Positions 40,681 to 51,488 of a stretch of 64,000 nucleotides of DNA are shown one piece after another. Position 1 is the stretch's first letter. Every line of letters starts with the position of its first letter. The translations under genes and the position numbers were made by a program. The DNA is taken from the sequence record NC_023688.1; one strand, 5' to 3'. The notes beneath the pieces were generated by a model that worked only from the letters and a program-made list of their open reading frames with translations, was not told the origin of the DNA and searched no databases.

Positions 40681-41250
40681 TTATGCGTGAGAATAAAATG
40701 GGTGTAATTTAGGTGCACTGCCGTTTGAGCCAGCGATGTACGGTCTAATTTCAATCCCGTCTTTCTCAATCACAAACGACTTATACATAAATGTTACAGG
40801 CAACACAATAGGACTATTACTCTCGTCCGTATAAGTAAATTCAACTTCACCCAAATTAGAGGGCCAAGCATCAATAAACTTGAACGTTAGTACGATCTTT
40901 TTCTTTGAGTTGTCTAAAACGTGCAACAACAGAGTTCGAGGAACTGTTCCATCAATCTGTGCTGTGCTGTTCATCTTTGCATAGTCTACTACAGAAAGCA
41001 TCCATTTGTAAACTTCCACATATGCGGATAGATTCTCGTCCATGAGCACTCTAATATTCAGCGGCTCAAAGTCAACGGCAGTTCCGGGTATTTTACCGAC
41101 TGTCATTGGGTTAACTGGAATTTCGATTGGGTTGATATTAATGCCGGGGATCGCGACCCCCTGCACTGCCATTTCAAACGCAATGGTACCACCAGAGTCT
41201 GGAATATCCAATCTAAAGTTCGTTACATGAGCTGGGTTACTGTGAATCAT
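40681..41250 (-). CDS. 3: Tail tube terminator / sheath stabiliser gp3
   Basis: NFRLDIPD...IPG...FEPLNIRVLMDENL..Y.E.YKWM...F.DAWP motifs. Confidence 0.88.
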   Translation of the reverse strand: MIHSNPAHVTNFRLDIPDSGGTIAFEMAVQGVAIPGININPIEIPVNPMTVGKIPGTAVDFEPLNIRVLMDENLSAYVEVYKWMLSVVDYAKMNSTAQIDGTVPRTLLLHVLDNSKKKIVLTFKFIDAWPSNLGEVEFTYTDESNSPIVLPVTFMYKSFVIEKDGIEIRPYIAGSNGSAPKLHPFYSHA

Positions 41251-43103
41251 CTATTTTGTACTCCATGTGGTGTTGAGTTGGAATATGGGTGATCTGACTG
41301 GAACCCAAATCCGCTGGTATAGACGCTGGTATTATTGTTGCTCACATTACTGACCATTGCCATTCTTGCTTGAGTTGCGGCAGCTTCTCTCTGACGGTCG
41401 CGCTCTTTCTTTTCAGTCTCAGCGCGTTTCAGATTTTCGCCACTCTGTTCTACAGAAGCACTTTCTGGTGCCATGCCACTTTGAATATTAGCAACCGGAG
41501 ATAATTTCTCTTTAATAGCCGATCCAGCATCTTCTACCATTTCGGTGACTTTGCCACCAGATACATAATCCGCGATGTCATACAGATCACTAAGCAATAA
41601 TGCCGTACCAACGAATGGGATAAATCTAGCAGCGACAGAACCGACAACTTTAGCAGCTCCTTTTAATGCAGCTTTCCCGCCGAGTCTCTCCATAATACCT
41701 TTTGTTCCAGCGGCAGCGGCTTTTGACCCAGCTTTACCTTCTACAGTCTCCGCAGCTTCGCCAAGAGCTTTACCCGGTTTCATTTCTGGTGCATTTGGCT
41801 TTCCGGGTTCAACTGTCTTCGGTTTCCCATCAGCGTCAATTTCAACATTAGGCTTTGGTTTCCCTTTTGCATCAGTCTTTGTTTTACCATCGGCATCAAC
41901 ATCGGGTTTCGGTTTTGGTTTTCCATTCTTATCAACGTCTGGAGTTTTTCCCATTTTCTTTTTGAAATCTGGGAATACTTTGTCGAACATACCAGCCAAT
42001 GCTGTTTTCATCGCACCAGCAAATTTAGCAGCTAAACCACCAAGAGTCGTAATCAATAATCCAAATCGAGAGAATAGACCAGTTCCCAACATAGAAAGAC
42101 TACCCAACAAACCGCTGAACATTTTCATAATACCACCGATCAAGATCATTTTACCAAGATCTTTCAACACAGTGATTAACGATTTATGACGTTTGTCGTT
42201 CTCGCCACGTTCTTGTCTGTTTTCGTTTCTCTCTTGTTTCTGTTCTTTAGCCTCGGTATTAGCTTGTTCATCTTGAGTTCGTTCTTGACCAGATGTACCA
42301 CGTTCTTCGTGAAACTTACTGATCTCTTTCTGCTTGTCTCGTTGAAAGCTACTCTCTTTATATTTCTCAATAAGCTTACTTCCACCAGTCTTGACCATTT
42401 TACCAGTCGCGCCAGCGGCACCGAGTACAGCACCTTTAGCCATGCCATATCCGGGAATATCTTTGAACACAGCACTTTCAACACCAGACACCATTGTACC
42501 AATCGCGTTGCTAACTGTGCTCATTGCACCTTTGGCAATATATTGAATTCCGGCGATTCCGGCGTCGCGAACTTCACGAACAATGAAATTCATCTTGGCA
42601 TCTTTGTCTTTCTTGTCGCTAACTCGTTTGTCGTCCCGTTCTTTTCTGGACGTCATACCGCGCTCTTTGAGATACTTCGCTAGTGCTGCATCAACATCAT
42701 CAGCGGGCTTGGCAGGCGACGGCTCAGGCGCTGTATCTGGCGATGTCGGTTGACTTTCACCACTAGCAACTTGTTCCGAATATCTAACAATCGGAGATTG
42801 TTTACTGATCTTATTTTCTAACTCTGTTCTACGCTGTAATGCCTTTTGATAATCGTCCTCTATTGCCGCGCTATTGCGTTGAGAATAAGCTACCGTATCA
42901 ATATACTCGGTAGCTCGTTCTGTTGCTTTGGTCTTATCTGTAATTGACTTGACCAACTTGTCTTCCGCTTTAGCAACATCGAGACTCGAATCGGTAGTCA
43001 TATCGAATGCCGTTTCTAAGTCTCTTGCTTGTTTTCTGGTATCATCAAGCTGAACAGCGAGCTTCAAACTAGAGTCTTCTAAGATTTCATTTGATTCTTT
43101 CAT
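41247..43103 (-). CDS. Baseplate hub / tail-length protein (gp29-like)
   Basis: 618-aa low-complexity, helical, Gly/Ala/Lys-rich protein with RFIPFVGTAL motif, next to 51 and 26. Confidence 0.6.
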   Translation of the reverse strand: MKESNEILEDSSLKLAVQLDDTRKQARDLETAFDMTTDSSLDVAKAEDKLVKSITDKTKATERATEYIDTVAYSQRNSAAIEDDYQKALQRRTELENKISKQSPIVRYSEQVASGESQPTSPDTAPEPSPAKPADDVDAALAKYLKERGMTSRKERDDKRVSDKKDKDAKMNFIVREVRDAGIAGIQYIAKGAMSTVSNAIGTMVSGVESAVFKDIPGYGMAKGAVLGAAGATGKMVKTGGSKLIEKYKESSFQRDKQKEISKFHEERGTSGQERTQDEQANTEAKEQKQERNENRQERGENDKRHKSLITVLKDLGKMILIGGIMKMFSGLLGSLSMLGTGLFSRFGLLITTLGGLAAKFAGAMKTALAGMFDKVFPDFKKKMGKTPDVDKNGKPKPKPDVDADGKTKTDAKGKPKPNVEIDADGKPKTVEPGKPNAPEMKPGKALGEAAETVEGKAGSKAAAAGTKGIMERLGGKAALKGAAKVVGSVAARFIPFVGTALLLSDLYDIADYVSGGKVTEMVEDAGSAIKEKLSPVANIQSGMAPESASVEQSGENLKRAETEKKERDRQREAAATQARMAMVSNVSNNNTSVYTSGFGFQSDHPYSNSTPHGVQNR

Positions 43104-43273
43104 GACTCACTAGCCTCCTTAGCTCGTTTATTTCTGTCATTAACGAATAGAGTACGATAAATGGCACGTTCAAAAGGAGTTGTTAATTCCAACTCGTCAA
43201 TTGCCCATCCCTCTTTATGCATTTCGAAATTTACGGTGAATAGATCGTAAATCGAATCATTAACGAGGGTCAA
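43100..43273 (-). CDS. 51: gp51 baseplate hub assembly protein (57 aa, absent from the ORF track)
   Basis: TTG start overlapping the gp26 stop; LTLVNDSIYDLFTVNFEMHKEGWAIDELELTTPFERAIY, matching the short gp51 NF...H...E.E...P.ER.IY pattern. Confidence 0.72.
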   Translation of the reverse strand: MTLVNDSIYDLFTVNFEMHKEGWAIDELELTTPFERAIYRTLFVNDRNKRAKEASES

Positions 43274-44046
43274 TCGAAAAAATCAGACAATCCTCGCAAT
43301 GTATACGCCTCTGAATGACCGCAGTGTGGACATTTAACAGCAACATCAAGAGTCGTCTGTGGAATATCGTTTACAAACTTAGCCATTTTTTCATAGCCGT
43401 TCGCATCAATATAATCCAGCAATTCGATCAACTCATTCGGCTGAATATCTTCTCCGACTTTCATAATCTCGCCGTTCATGTGAACTTCTTCGACACAGCG
43501 CATTGTGATATCAAATAGATCTGACTCTTTTTCTACGTTAAAGAATTCAGATTCATATACGGTTGGATAGCGCATCTTGACATTAATCTTGTCACTCAGT
43601 TTAATCATGCTCTCTGGAACTCTTGACAACTTAGCGCGAGCCAAGTTAGCGTTGACTTTAATCGGCGTTGAGCACTGACGTTGCGCAACGTGATCTCCAT
43701 GCATAACCGGATTACCTTCGTCGTCAAGTTCGTCAACCATGTTCTGACAGATAAACGACACAGGAACCACTGAGGTGCCCTTAGACAGCTTCCATACTGT
43801 CAAGTATAACGTCTCTATGTCAAAGATCGGCAACGTCTCTACGTCGATACCAGCATTATCTACAATGCAATTTTTCAATACCTGCATCATTGCGTCTTCC
43901 ATAGAAGATTCGCTCTCATTAGCCAACATCATAATTTTGTACTCTTTCATTAAGAAAGCACGTACTTTCATTTTTTTACCATTAGACAGCTTGACAGATG
44001 ATTGTTGAACTGCTTCCAATAGCATATCTTTAGTGAACTTAGCCAT
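43270..44046 (-). CDS. 26: Baseplate hub subunit gp26
   Basis: RAFLMKEYKIM, LPIFDIETLY, MRYPT and C-terminal CPHCGH...LRGLSDFF. Confidence 0.85.
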   Translation of the reverse strand: MAKFTKDMLLEAVQQSSVKLSNGKKMKVRAFLMKEYKIMMLANESESSMEDAMMQVLKNCIVDNAGIDVETLPIFDIETLYLTVWKLSKGTSVVPVSFICQNMVDELDDEGNPVMHGDHVAQRQCSTPIKVNANLARAKLSRVPESMIKLSDKINVKMRYPTVYESEFFNVEKESDLFDITMRCVEEVHMNGEIMKVGEDIQPNELIELLDYIDANGYEKMAKFVNDIPQTTLDVAVKCPHCGHSEAYTLRGLSDFFD

Positions 44047-44125
44047 TCATAACTCCTTCGTTTTGTAAACTTATTTAGATAAATCGTGTCGATAGACTGC
44101 GAGCGTAGCGAGCTAAATGTTAAAA

Positions 44126-44178
44126 GAAGAGAAGATAAAGTTCCTTATATACCTTTAATGAAGATCTATCTTCTCTTC
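44126..44178. repeat. 53-bp palindromic element, copy 2
   Basis: Identical to 14988-15040; both copies are followed by GTTAGCTACGCAGTCGCTGGCGCGACTT. Confidence 0.9.
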
Positions 44179-44260
44179 ACCTTTAATTTCAATAGGTTAG
44201 CTACGCAGTCGCTGGCGCGACTTCCTAGAGAAGTATACTATTTGTACCGTTGTCAACTGA

Positions 44261-45250
44261 TTATGCGTTTTTGATCCCACGAATCATGCCTTTAGCACGA
44301 TTATAGAAGGACTCAACACTATTGACCAGATTATCTTTACCAGCATGTGCTGCTTGTGTCATGGTACTGACCGTGAACTCTACTTCAAAGGTAGCGATTT
44401 GATTATTATTCTCATAATCAAGCTGAACATCGCCAACATGAACTGGGAAACATCCATCGCTATGAACAACCGATGTCATTACACCTCGTCTGTTCAATGT
44501 CACAATATCGATATCTCTCGCATAGTTGCTATAAAACCCGAATGTCCCGTTCTTCGGATTATGAATAGAGTTCATCCAAGTTAAGAACCAAATACGCTCT
44601 GCATAATCGGACGAACAATAGAAAGTCATTCTGATGTTATCGACTGATCTGTTTCTTACTTCGGTAAATGGCTTGCGTTCGTTATAATTGACTTGCGTAT
44701 CGAAATTCGTTCCCGGCAAGTTGACTGATTTTACCATCAACGCTAAATCTCGGTTGACATCATAATCAGAACCCAAGAAACCATCTAACAACTCACCAGC
44801 TCCCGGAATCATTCTAACTAAAGTTGGGTCAATCGCCCCCATAATATTCTTGATCTTCGGACTAAGCAGTTTCTTGCCCTGATTCATTGCGATATCTTGA
44901 ATTCGATGCCACTGAAAACTCGTTCCACCAAAGAAACCACCAGTTGACTTGTTGATTGCGTCACCAACGCCACCAATCACATCACCAAGAGGTCCAAGAT
45001 GATTTAGAATACCATCAGACGCTGCTACACTTCGGAAGTCACCAAAGCGCACCAGAAACGTGTTTGCGCGAGCCAGATCTTTATTCTCAATCACTCGCAT
45101 GAAGCGAGCAAAGTCCGGCGTTGAATTTGGATCGTCTGCTAATCTATCAGCAATGTAATCAATGCCATCTGACATCGCTTTACTCGCTAATCCCGGAATC
45201 TTACCGGGAATCTCTTTAATATAACCTGCGGCTGTATCTAATAAGCCCAT
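44261..45250 (-). CDS. 54: Baseplate-tail tube initiator gp54
   Basis: DLARANTFLVRF, SVNLPG, YARDIDI and NNQIATFEVEF; tube-like fold motifs. Confidence 0.8.
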   Translation of the reverse strand: MGLLDTAAGYIKEIPGKIPGLASKAMSDGIDYIADRLADDPNSTPDFARFMRVIENKDLARANTFLVRFGDFRSVAASDGILNHLGPLGDVIGGVGDAINKSTGGFFGGTSFQWHRIQDIAMNQGKKLLSPKIKNIMGAIDPTLVRMIPGAGELLDGFLGSDYDVNRDLALMVKSVNLPGTNFDTQVNYNERKPFTEVRNRSVDNIRMTFYCSSDYAERIWFLTWMNSIHNPKNGTFGFYSNYARDIDIVTLNRRGVMTSVVHSDGCFPVHVGDVQLDYENNNQIATFEVEFTVSTMTQAAHAGKDNLVNSVESFYNRAKGMIRGIKNA

Positions 45251-45296
45251 TATGATTCTCCTAATAAAAAGGCGGCATATGCCGCCCTTGTGTAAA

Positions 45297-46295
45297 TTAA
45301 TAACCCTTCCAAACTTTCTGCGCACCAAACGATTTGCTCTGGGGTCCAGAAACAAATTTTTGTGATGGTAAGTAGATAACATTTACCCAGTCTTGTGGCT
45401 TGATCTCAATCATGCCACCTTTAATTCTCTGAGGAATATATGCCTTGATCATATGCTCTGCTCCGCGCATCGATTTAACCTTGTCCCAGTTAATCTTTAG
45501 TGCGGTCTTGTTGGTAATGCGATCTGTGCTTGCGTATTTCAACAACTCTTCCAGAAAGTCTTTACGTGCTTTCGGCGGAATATAGTGCAAGTTCAAACCC
45601 ATCATCAGTCCCGGATATCTCAGACTCGGGCCAAGATATACAATCAAAGGATATACGTCCCAATATGGGAGTGTGTCTTTATGCTTTGCATCATAGATAT
45701 AGGTATATAGTTTTCCAATCGTTGGTTTGTTCGGTTTAAATCCACGAACGTTTTTCTTGATAACATCACTAAACCATTCGTTGGACTTTTTCTCATTCTT
45801 CTGAACAGAGTCCCGAGTTCTTGATTTAACTTGAGCGTTGAAATCTTGTTTCAACAAATCATATTTCTGCTTCGCAGTCAACTTGGATTTATTTTTCATC
45901 GAGTCTTCCAGATTCTTCTTGATGATAATATCATCCCTGAATTTTCTGAATGCTCTACTCATTGTCTCTTGATTGAGTTTCTTTTCTGCTGCGAATTTCG
46001 CAGGAGTCATTCCCTTTTCTTTCGCTCTCAGATAAGCAACTCCCAACTCTACCCATTGAGCTTTATTTTTGTTCGGGTTAATCGCGCTATAATATTCCTT
46101 GATGTCGTCTTTATATCGACGCATAGCGCGACCAAACGTTTCATATTTCAGTCCGTTGTCGTCTGCGAACTTCTTGACTGTTAAGCTTGGTGTCTTTTTC
46201 TTAGCATCGAGGAACTTCACGCCGATCGCCACCCACGAAGAACGATTTCGTTTTTCTGCTGGCGTTTCTGGAATTTCAATCTCTTCAAATATCAT
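45297..46295 (-). CDS. 2: DNA end protector protein gp2
   Basis: IGKLYTYIYDAKHKDTLPYWDVYPL...GLNLHYIPP motif. Confidence 0.92.
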   Translation of the reverse strand: MIFEEIEIPETPAEKRNRSSWVAIGVKFLDAKKKTPSLTVKKFADDNGLKYETFGRAMRRYKDDIKEYYSAINPNKNKAQWVELGVAYLRAKEKGMTPAKFAAEKKLNQETMSRAFRKFRDDIIIKKNLEDSMKNKSKLTAKQKYDLLKQDFNAQVKSRTRDSVQKNEKKSNEWFSDVIKKNVRGFKPNKPTIGKLYTYIYDAKHKDTLPYWDVYPLIVYLGPSLRYPGLMMGLNLHYIPPKARKDFLEELLKYASTDRITNKTALKINWDKVKSMRGAEHMIKAYIPQRIKGGMIEIKPQDWVNVIYLPSQKFVSGPQSKSFGAQKVWKGY

Positions 46296-46755
46296 CCTTC
46301 ACTCCTTTAAATCCCATTCTCTTTAGAACATCTTCGGTTATGATATTAAATTTCCAACCCTTTTTCTGACACACATCGATTGTCGCTTTCCATTTCGATG
46401 TATTCACACCCCAAGTATAAACTTGATCCGCGAATCGTTTCTTTGCTGCTGCTGTATTTCGTGATGGTATAGCAGGCGGACGAGTCTCTGCGGCTGGCTT
46501 GACTTCCCAGAGTGAAATGTTACCGTCTTTCCAACAGATAGTCATATCAATAAAATATCTTCTTTTCTTTCCATCTGATTCTGAGAAATAAGGTATTACT
46601 GTGATCTCACTTCCCCACCATTTAACTTCTGTGTTTCTATCAAGCATTTTCATGATAAAAAGCTCCCAGCTACTTCTGTATGTGATTTTGGAGTAATCAC
46701 CTCTGTATTTTTCTTTATTTTCGGGTACAAATTTACCCTTATATGCTTGTGACAT
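46285..46755 (-). CDS. 4: Head completion protein gp4
   Basis: YKGKFVPEN.EKY.GD...YRSSWE...RYFID...EVKP motif. Confidence 0.92.
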   Translation of the reverse strand: MSQAYKGKFVPENKEKYRGDYSKITYRSSWELFIMKMLDRNTEVKWWGSEITVIPYFSESDGKKRRYFIDMTICWKDGNISLWEVKPAAETRPPAIPSRNTAAAKKRFADQVYTWGVNTSKWKATIDVCQKKGWKFNIITEDVLKRMGFKGVKDDI

Positions 46756-46773
46756 AATTAACCTCTTTATATG

Positions 46774-46787
46774 TATTTAGCTAAATA
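46774..46787. promoter_or_regulatory. Back-to-back divergent late promoters
   Basis: TATTTAG-CTAAATA palindrome between gene 4 (-) and gene 48 (+). The same CTAAATA occurs at 14941, 44072 and 59243 (T4 late consensus is TATAAATA). Confidence 0.7.
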
Positions 46788-46809
46788 ATCATAAAAGGAG
46801 TCGTTAATA

Positions 46810-47883
46810 ATGGCACAGAAAATCACCATGCTCAATAATGGCGTGAAGACGATCTCGGATGCTGCTGGTAAATTCATCGGCAACTTTCTGAGTTCACCCG
46901 CCGGCGATGCTGGCATTCAAGCTCTACAATATCCATTGGCCATGAAAGGCGAAATAGAGCGACACAAAAACTATCTATGTTTCTATTGCGTCGAAGCAAT
47001 GGGACAAGGACTATCAAACGCTGATATTCAAAAACGAAGTCTGAACAGCGTTACTGGTAAGTTCAACGAAAAGACATTAGCAGTCATTCAAATGTATATG
47101 CCGAACTTAAACCAAAACGTCAGTCACGAATATAGCGATAATGACGGCGGTTTCTTGCAAGATATGGCAATGAATTATGCTGGTTCTGCCGGCTCTGGTG
47201 TTATCGAGGGCGCGAAAGATCTTGGCAACGCATTCATGACAACCGCAATGCAACAAATCAGTGTTAATATTGGTAAAGCATCACAACAATACAACTCACA
47301 GATCTCCGGCAAAGTTCTTGGGAATCGCTCTGCTAATATGTATAAAAATACATCACTTAGAACTCAGACATTCTTGTATAACTTTCGACCAAAAAACGTT
47401 GCTGAACTCAAAGAAGTTGGACAAATTATTCGTGCGTTCTTAATCTATAGTTCGCCGTCAAATGCTGGAGTGACATCTGTCAATCAGATGCTCGATAAAA
47501 TCGGCGGTGCTGCTACATCACTGAAAACCGAAGCTGGTAATACAGGCGGTACAGAAAGTATTCAAGTTCTAAAAGTGCCACCTCTGTGGTATTTGGAAGA
47601 GCGTGTTAATAGTCAGTCTGATGTTGCCGAGATTAGATACACCCCAAAATTCGCAATGGGGCCCTGTGCGTTGTCGAATATTCGAATCACAAGCACTCCA
47701 GAACAGATTTATAACTCGTTCGCTGGTACTGCTGGTGACCCTATTGCAATCGATCTTGAACTGACATTCACAGAACTGCGCCCAGTTTTCAGAGAATATT
47801 GGGAATCGTTGACTGCCAACTTGGGTGGACAGGACTCTGGACAATTCTTCTTTGGTTCATTTAGTGGTAAGGATAGCAAATAA
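46810..47883 (+). CDS. 48: Baseplate tail tube cap gp48
   Basis: LQYPL...QMYMP...F.YNFRPKN..E...II..F...P...GPCALSNI...LELTFTE motifs. Confidence 0.8.
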   Translation: MAQKITMLNNGVKTISDAAGKFIGNFLSSPAGDAGIQALQYPLAMKGEIERHKNYLCFYCVEAMGQGLSNADIQKRSLNSVTGKFNEKTLAVIQMYMPNLNQNVSHEYSDNDGGFLQDMAMNYAGSAGSGVIEGAKDLGNAFMTTAMQQISVNIGKASQQYNSQISGKVLGNRSANMYKNTSLRTQTFLYNFRPKNVAELKEVGQIIRAFLIYSSPSNAGVTSVNQMLDKIGGAATSLKTEAGNTGGTESIQVLKVPPLWYLEERVNSQSDVAEIRYTPKFAMGPCALSNIRITSTPEQIYNSFAGTAGDPIAIDLELTFTELRPVFREYWESLTANLGGQDSGQFFFGSFSGKDSK

Positions 47884-48449
47884 TGTTGATGCAATTTTTT
47901 GACCCAATCAAATATAACGGTATACCAACAGCTAATATTTTCAAGAGCTATGGCAAATATTTTAACGAAGTGGCAGGTAGCTTTGTGTTGCGCAAGTATT
48001 TCGTTTCTGGTGACCCCAGACCCGAGCTATTAGCGCATAATCTATATGGCGACGTAAACTATTATTGGATCTTGTTGATGCTTAATAACATCTATGACCC
48101 ATTTCACGGATGGATTAAGTCTCAAGAACAGGTACACAGCTCTGCTATTCAGAAATATAAAAACATGCCTGATAAAGAAAACACAGTTCTTTATCACGTA
48201 GATGCAAATGGTAAGGTTTATTGGAGACTGACTGAATTCCCAGTCGGTTCTAAAAACTGGTATGACATCGGAGACACAGCACATCGCTTTATCCAGCACA
48301 CTGGAGCATTAGCACCCGTTAGTGCTATTGAGCACGAACTAAACGAGAATGAGAACAAGCGTAATATTCTCATTCTGAGTCCGAGCGATCTGCAAACGTT
48401 TCTCGATATGTTGACCAGACGAATGGAGAAAGTACGTCGTGGCAGTTGA
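47883..48449 (+). CDS. 53: Baseplate wedge gp53
   Basis: RPELLAHNLYGDVNYYWILLMLNNIYDPF LysM-like motif. Confidence 0.92.
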   Translation: MLMQFFDPIKYNGIPTANIFKSYGKYFNEVAGSFVLRKYFVSGDPRPELLAHNLYGDVNYYWILLMLNNIYDPFHGWIKSQEQVHSSAIQKYKNMPDKENTVLYHVDANGKVYWRLTEFPVGSKNWYDIGDTAHRFIQHTGALAPVSAIEHELNENENKRNILILSPSDLQTFLDMLTRRMEKVRRGS

Positions 48450-49665
48450 AAGAGTTAGTGCCAGTTCCTTAGAGAACTTCACAATCGAGCGTATTCTTAT
48501 TATGCAAGGCGACACTGGCTATGAAGCCAGTGAAGCTTTCTACTCGTTGGAAATAAACGAGGGAATGACAAAAGGATTCATGACTGGCGTTCTTACAATC
48601 AAGAACGATATGGACTTTTTGGATAGTGCAATGAACCCACGTGGCGATGAATACATCGAACTAAGTTTTTATCACAAATATCCGGGTGGAAGTCCCGGCA
48701 AAAAGTTCACCAAGTTGTTTCGTATTAACTCTTATAAAGAGTTGACAGATGCAAACACGATGAATCGTGGGTTAATTGAGTTTCATTTTGAGAGTGCTGG
48801 ATCGGTAGAGAATGATTTTGTTCGAGTGTCTAAGTCTTATTCAAGTGTTGGTACTCATATTATCGTGGCTGATATGCTGAAATTGCTTGGATATAGAGAA
48901 GATCAGATCAAGGTTGAGCAAACGCTTTATAACAAAGACATCGTGATCCCAAATATTACACCAGTTGAGGTGATTTCGCATTTGGTTGATAACTCTCAGT
49001 CTGGAGAGTCCACAAGTAAAGGCGATAGTAATTTCTATTTCTTTGAAAATAGAGACGCTGTTAACTTTGTTAGTGGGTCAAGTCTTGTTAATACCGATCC
49101 CGTTGCGAGTTATGTTTATAGCATGACAAGCGATCAAAATTTTAATGGCAAAGTCATTAAGTTTGTTCGTGATCGCGGATATAACTTGAGAGATCAAGCC
49201 AGAAGTGGTGCATTTGGATTAACTGTTATTTCGAATAGTCTTGTTGACAAGAGTTATAAAGTCACACCTCTTGAGGTCGAGAGTGTGAAAGATGTTTATA
49301 AAACTCTCAACACCGACAAATGGTACGGTGGTACTATCGGGAACAATCGTAAAGCTTGTGTAGTAATGAGCTGTGAAGATCAGATGTATCAATTCTTGAA
49401 CATGGGATCAAATGGTAACAGTCTTGGTATTCAACGTGTAAATAGAGCAAACTTAAACGCTAAACGCGCATTCGCTCGCATTGGCGGAAATACAGATATC
49501 ACAAGTGGTAATGTCATTGACTTGAAAGTTCCAAGTATGGGTGGGAATAATAACATGAGAGACACAGGCAAATGGCTGGTGTTTTCCATTCGTCATATCA
49601 TGACAAGAGAAAGATATACAATGGACCTGGAATTATTGAGTGATTCTGACATTAGGAGAACATAA
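48439..49665 (+). CDS. Baseplate hub protein (gp27-like, tentative)
   Basis: Position between 53 and 5; FYFFEN and GKWLVFSIRH motifs typical of hub proteins. Confidence 0.6.
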   Translation: MAVERVSASSLENFTIERILIMQGDTGYEASEAFYSLEINEGMTKGFMTGVLTIKNDMDFLDSAMNPRGDEYIELSFYHKYPGGSPGKKFTKLFRINSYKELTDANTMNRGLIEFHFESAGSVENDFVRVSKSYSSVGTHIIVADMLKLLGYREDQIKVEQTLYNKDIVIPNITPVEVISHLVDNSQSGESTSKGDSNFYFFENRDAVNFVSGSSLVNTDPVASYVYSMTSDQNFNGKVIKFVRDRGYNLRDQARSGAFGLTVISNSLVDKSYKVTPLEVESVKDVYKTLNTDKWYGGTIGNNRKACVVMSCEDQMYQFLNMGSNGNSLGIQRVNRANLNAKRAFARIGGNTDITSGNVIDLKVPSMGGNNNMRDTGKWLVFSIRHIMTRERYTMDLELLSDSDIRRT

Positions 49666-51479
49666 TGTTTTACGGATTAAATTATAAATGGTTTGAGGGT
49701 GTGGTCGAAGATCGTTTCGACCCACTTGATCTCGGTCGCGTTCGCGTTCGTGTAATGGGAATTCATAGCGATCAAAAAGCAAAAAATGACGTAGATGGTA
49801 TTCCAACTGATGAACTGTTGTGGATGCATCCGATGATGCCTATTACATCTGCTTCGATGTCTGGCATTGGTCAGAGTCCAACTGGATTAGTAGAGGGTTC
49901 ACACGTTGTCGGATATTTCAGAGATAAGTTCTGTCAAGATGGCGTTATTATCGGATCTCTGCCTGGGATTTACAAAAATAAACCGGATTCTAGTAAAGGA
50001 TTCAGCGACCCGAATGGTCAATACCCTCGATATGTTGGCAACGATGTCAATATTCTAGCGGGTGGTGGTCAAGCTGGTTCTGGCGGCACCGGCAGTGGTG
50101 CCATGGTTGGTGAGGATGGGACGCCACTGTCTGTATACACTCAGAACGAAAACGCTGGTATCGCGATTAAGCCAGACGATACGCCGGTTGGTGATTATGT
50201 CGCTGATGATGATCCCAATTTCACAATCGAGGAAATGTTAGTTCAAGATGAAGGTGTTCGGAATAAATGGTATCTTGACTCAGAAGGCTACCCAACTATC
50301 GGTATCGGACATTTGATTATTCATCAGAATACAAGCAATCTTGTAACCATCAACTCTATTCTGAGTGCTCAACTTGGACGAGTTGTTACTGGTGGGACTA
50401 TTACAAAAGAAGAAATAAGCAAGTTATTTGCGCAAGACTTGAATAAAGTTCGAGCTGATATTATGCGATTCACTTCCATCGCTCAAGTCTATATGAAAGC
50501 CAATAGATCTCGTCAGATGGCAATTGAGAACATGTGCTTCCAAATGGGTGCGGGTGGTCTTGCTAAGTTCAAGAACACATTAGCAGCAATGGCAAGAGAA
50601 GATTGGCCAGCCGCTTATTCTGGATTGCGAGATTCACTATGGGCTAGACAAACCCCCGGTCGTTCTGCGAGAGTCGCAAAGATCATTCTTACTGGCAACC
50701 TAGAGTCGTATGGCGTGATGGTACCAGATGCAGCACCCAAGCTATCAAAGCGAAGTAAAGAAGATGCCAGCGGGTCAACCGCGAGCTTTAAAGCTGTAGA
50801 TGTTGGTGATGATCCAGAAAACCCGCCAGTAGAAGCTAAATCGAGAATTATGTTTGAGGAACCAAAGTCGAGTTATGGTGCTCAATATCCGTACAATCAC
50901 GTTTATGAGTCTGAGAGTGGACATATTCAAGAGTTTGACGATACTCCCGGCAAAGAGCGTTATCACAGAAAACACCCAACTGGGACTTTTGAAGAAATTC
51001 GACCAGATGGCTCAAGATTAATCAAGATCGTTGGCGAAGATTATTTGATCGTCAAGAACGGTAGAAACGTGAATGTCAAGGGTAATCTGAAAGTTGTTAT
51101 CGAGGGTAATGCTGAACTGTATTACATGGGTAATGTGACACAGACTGTTGATGGGAATATGACTCAGTTGATTAGAGGAAACGTGACAGAAACAATTGAC
51201 GGAAACGTGTTTCAAACTGTTCATGGTAACGTCGATGAATCTATTGATGGAAACGTTAACCAGTTAATCAAAGGGAACGTCGGTCAATCTATTGACGGTA
51301 ATGTGACTCAGCGAATCAAAGGGAATCAGACTGCTAACGTTGATGGCGATTATAAACTCTCTGTTAAGGGAAACTATGATGTCGCTGCAACTGGTAATGC
51401 CAAAATGAAAGGAGCCAACGCTACTATGGAAGCACAAGGCACCGCTCAAATTAGTGGCGCAACAATTAACATGAACTAA
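49665..51479 (+). CDS. 5: Baseplate hub needle and tail lysozyme gp5
   Basis: OB fold (DPLDLGRVRVR), T4-lysozyme DEG...YLDSEGYPTIGIGH, YPYNHVYES.SGH and VxGN beta-helix repeats. Confidence 0.96.
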   Translation: MFYGLNYKWFEGVVEDRFDPLDLGRVRVRVMGIHSDQKAKNDVDGIPTDELLWMHPMMPITSASMSGIGQSPTGLVEGSHVVGYFRDKFCQDGVIIGSLPGIYKNKPDSSKGFSDPNGQYPRYVGNDVNILAGGGQAGSGGTGSGAMVGEDGTPLSVYTQNENAGIAIKPDDTPVGDYVADDDPNFTIEEMLVQDEGVRNKWYLDSEGYPTIGIGHLIIHQNTSNLVTINSILSAQLGRVVTGGTITKEEISKLFAQDLNKVRADIMRFTSIAQVYMKANRSRQMAIENMCFQMGAGGLAKFKNTLAAMAREDWPAAYSGLRDSLWARQTPGRSARVAKIILTGNLESYGVMVPDAAPKLSKRSKEDASGSTASFKAVDVGDDPENPPVEAKSRIMFEEPKSSYGAQYPYNHVYESESGHIQEFDDTPGKERYHRKHPTGTFEEIRPDGSRLIKIVGEDYLIVKNGRNVNVKGNLKVVIEGNAELYYMGNVTQTVDGNMTQLIRGNVTETIDGNVFQTVHGNVDESIDGNVNQLIKGNVGQSIDGNVTQRIKGNQTANVDGDYKLSVKGNYDVAATGNAKMKGANATMEAQGTAQISGATINMN

Positions 51480-51488
51480 GAGGAAATA

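Noticed and set aside
51060-51400. Tandem VxGN octapeptide repeats in gp5
   Set aside because: This is the known triple beta-helix of T4 gp5 and is not novel.
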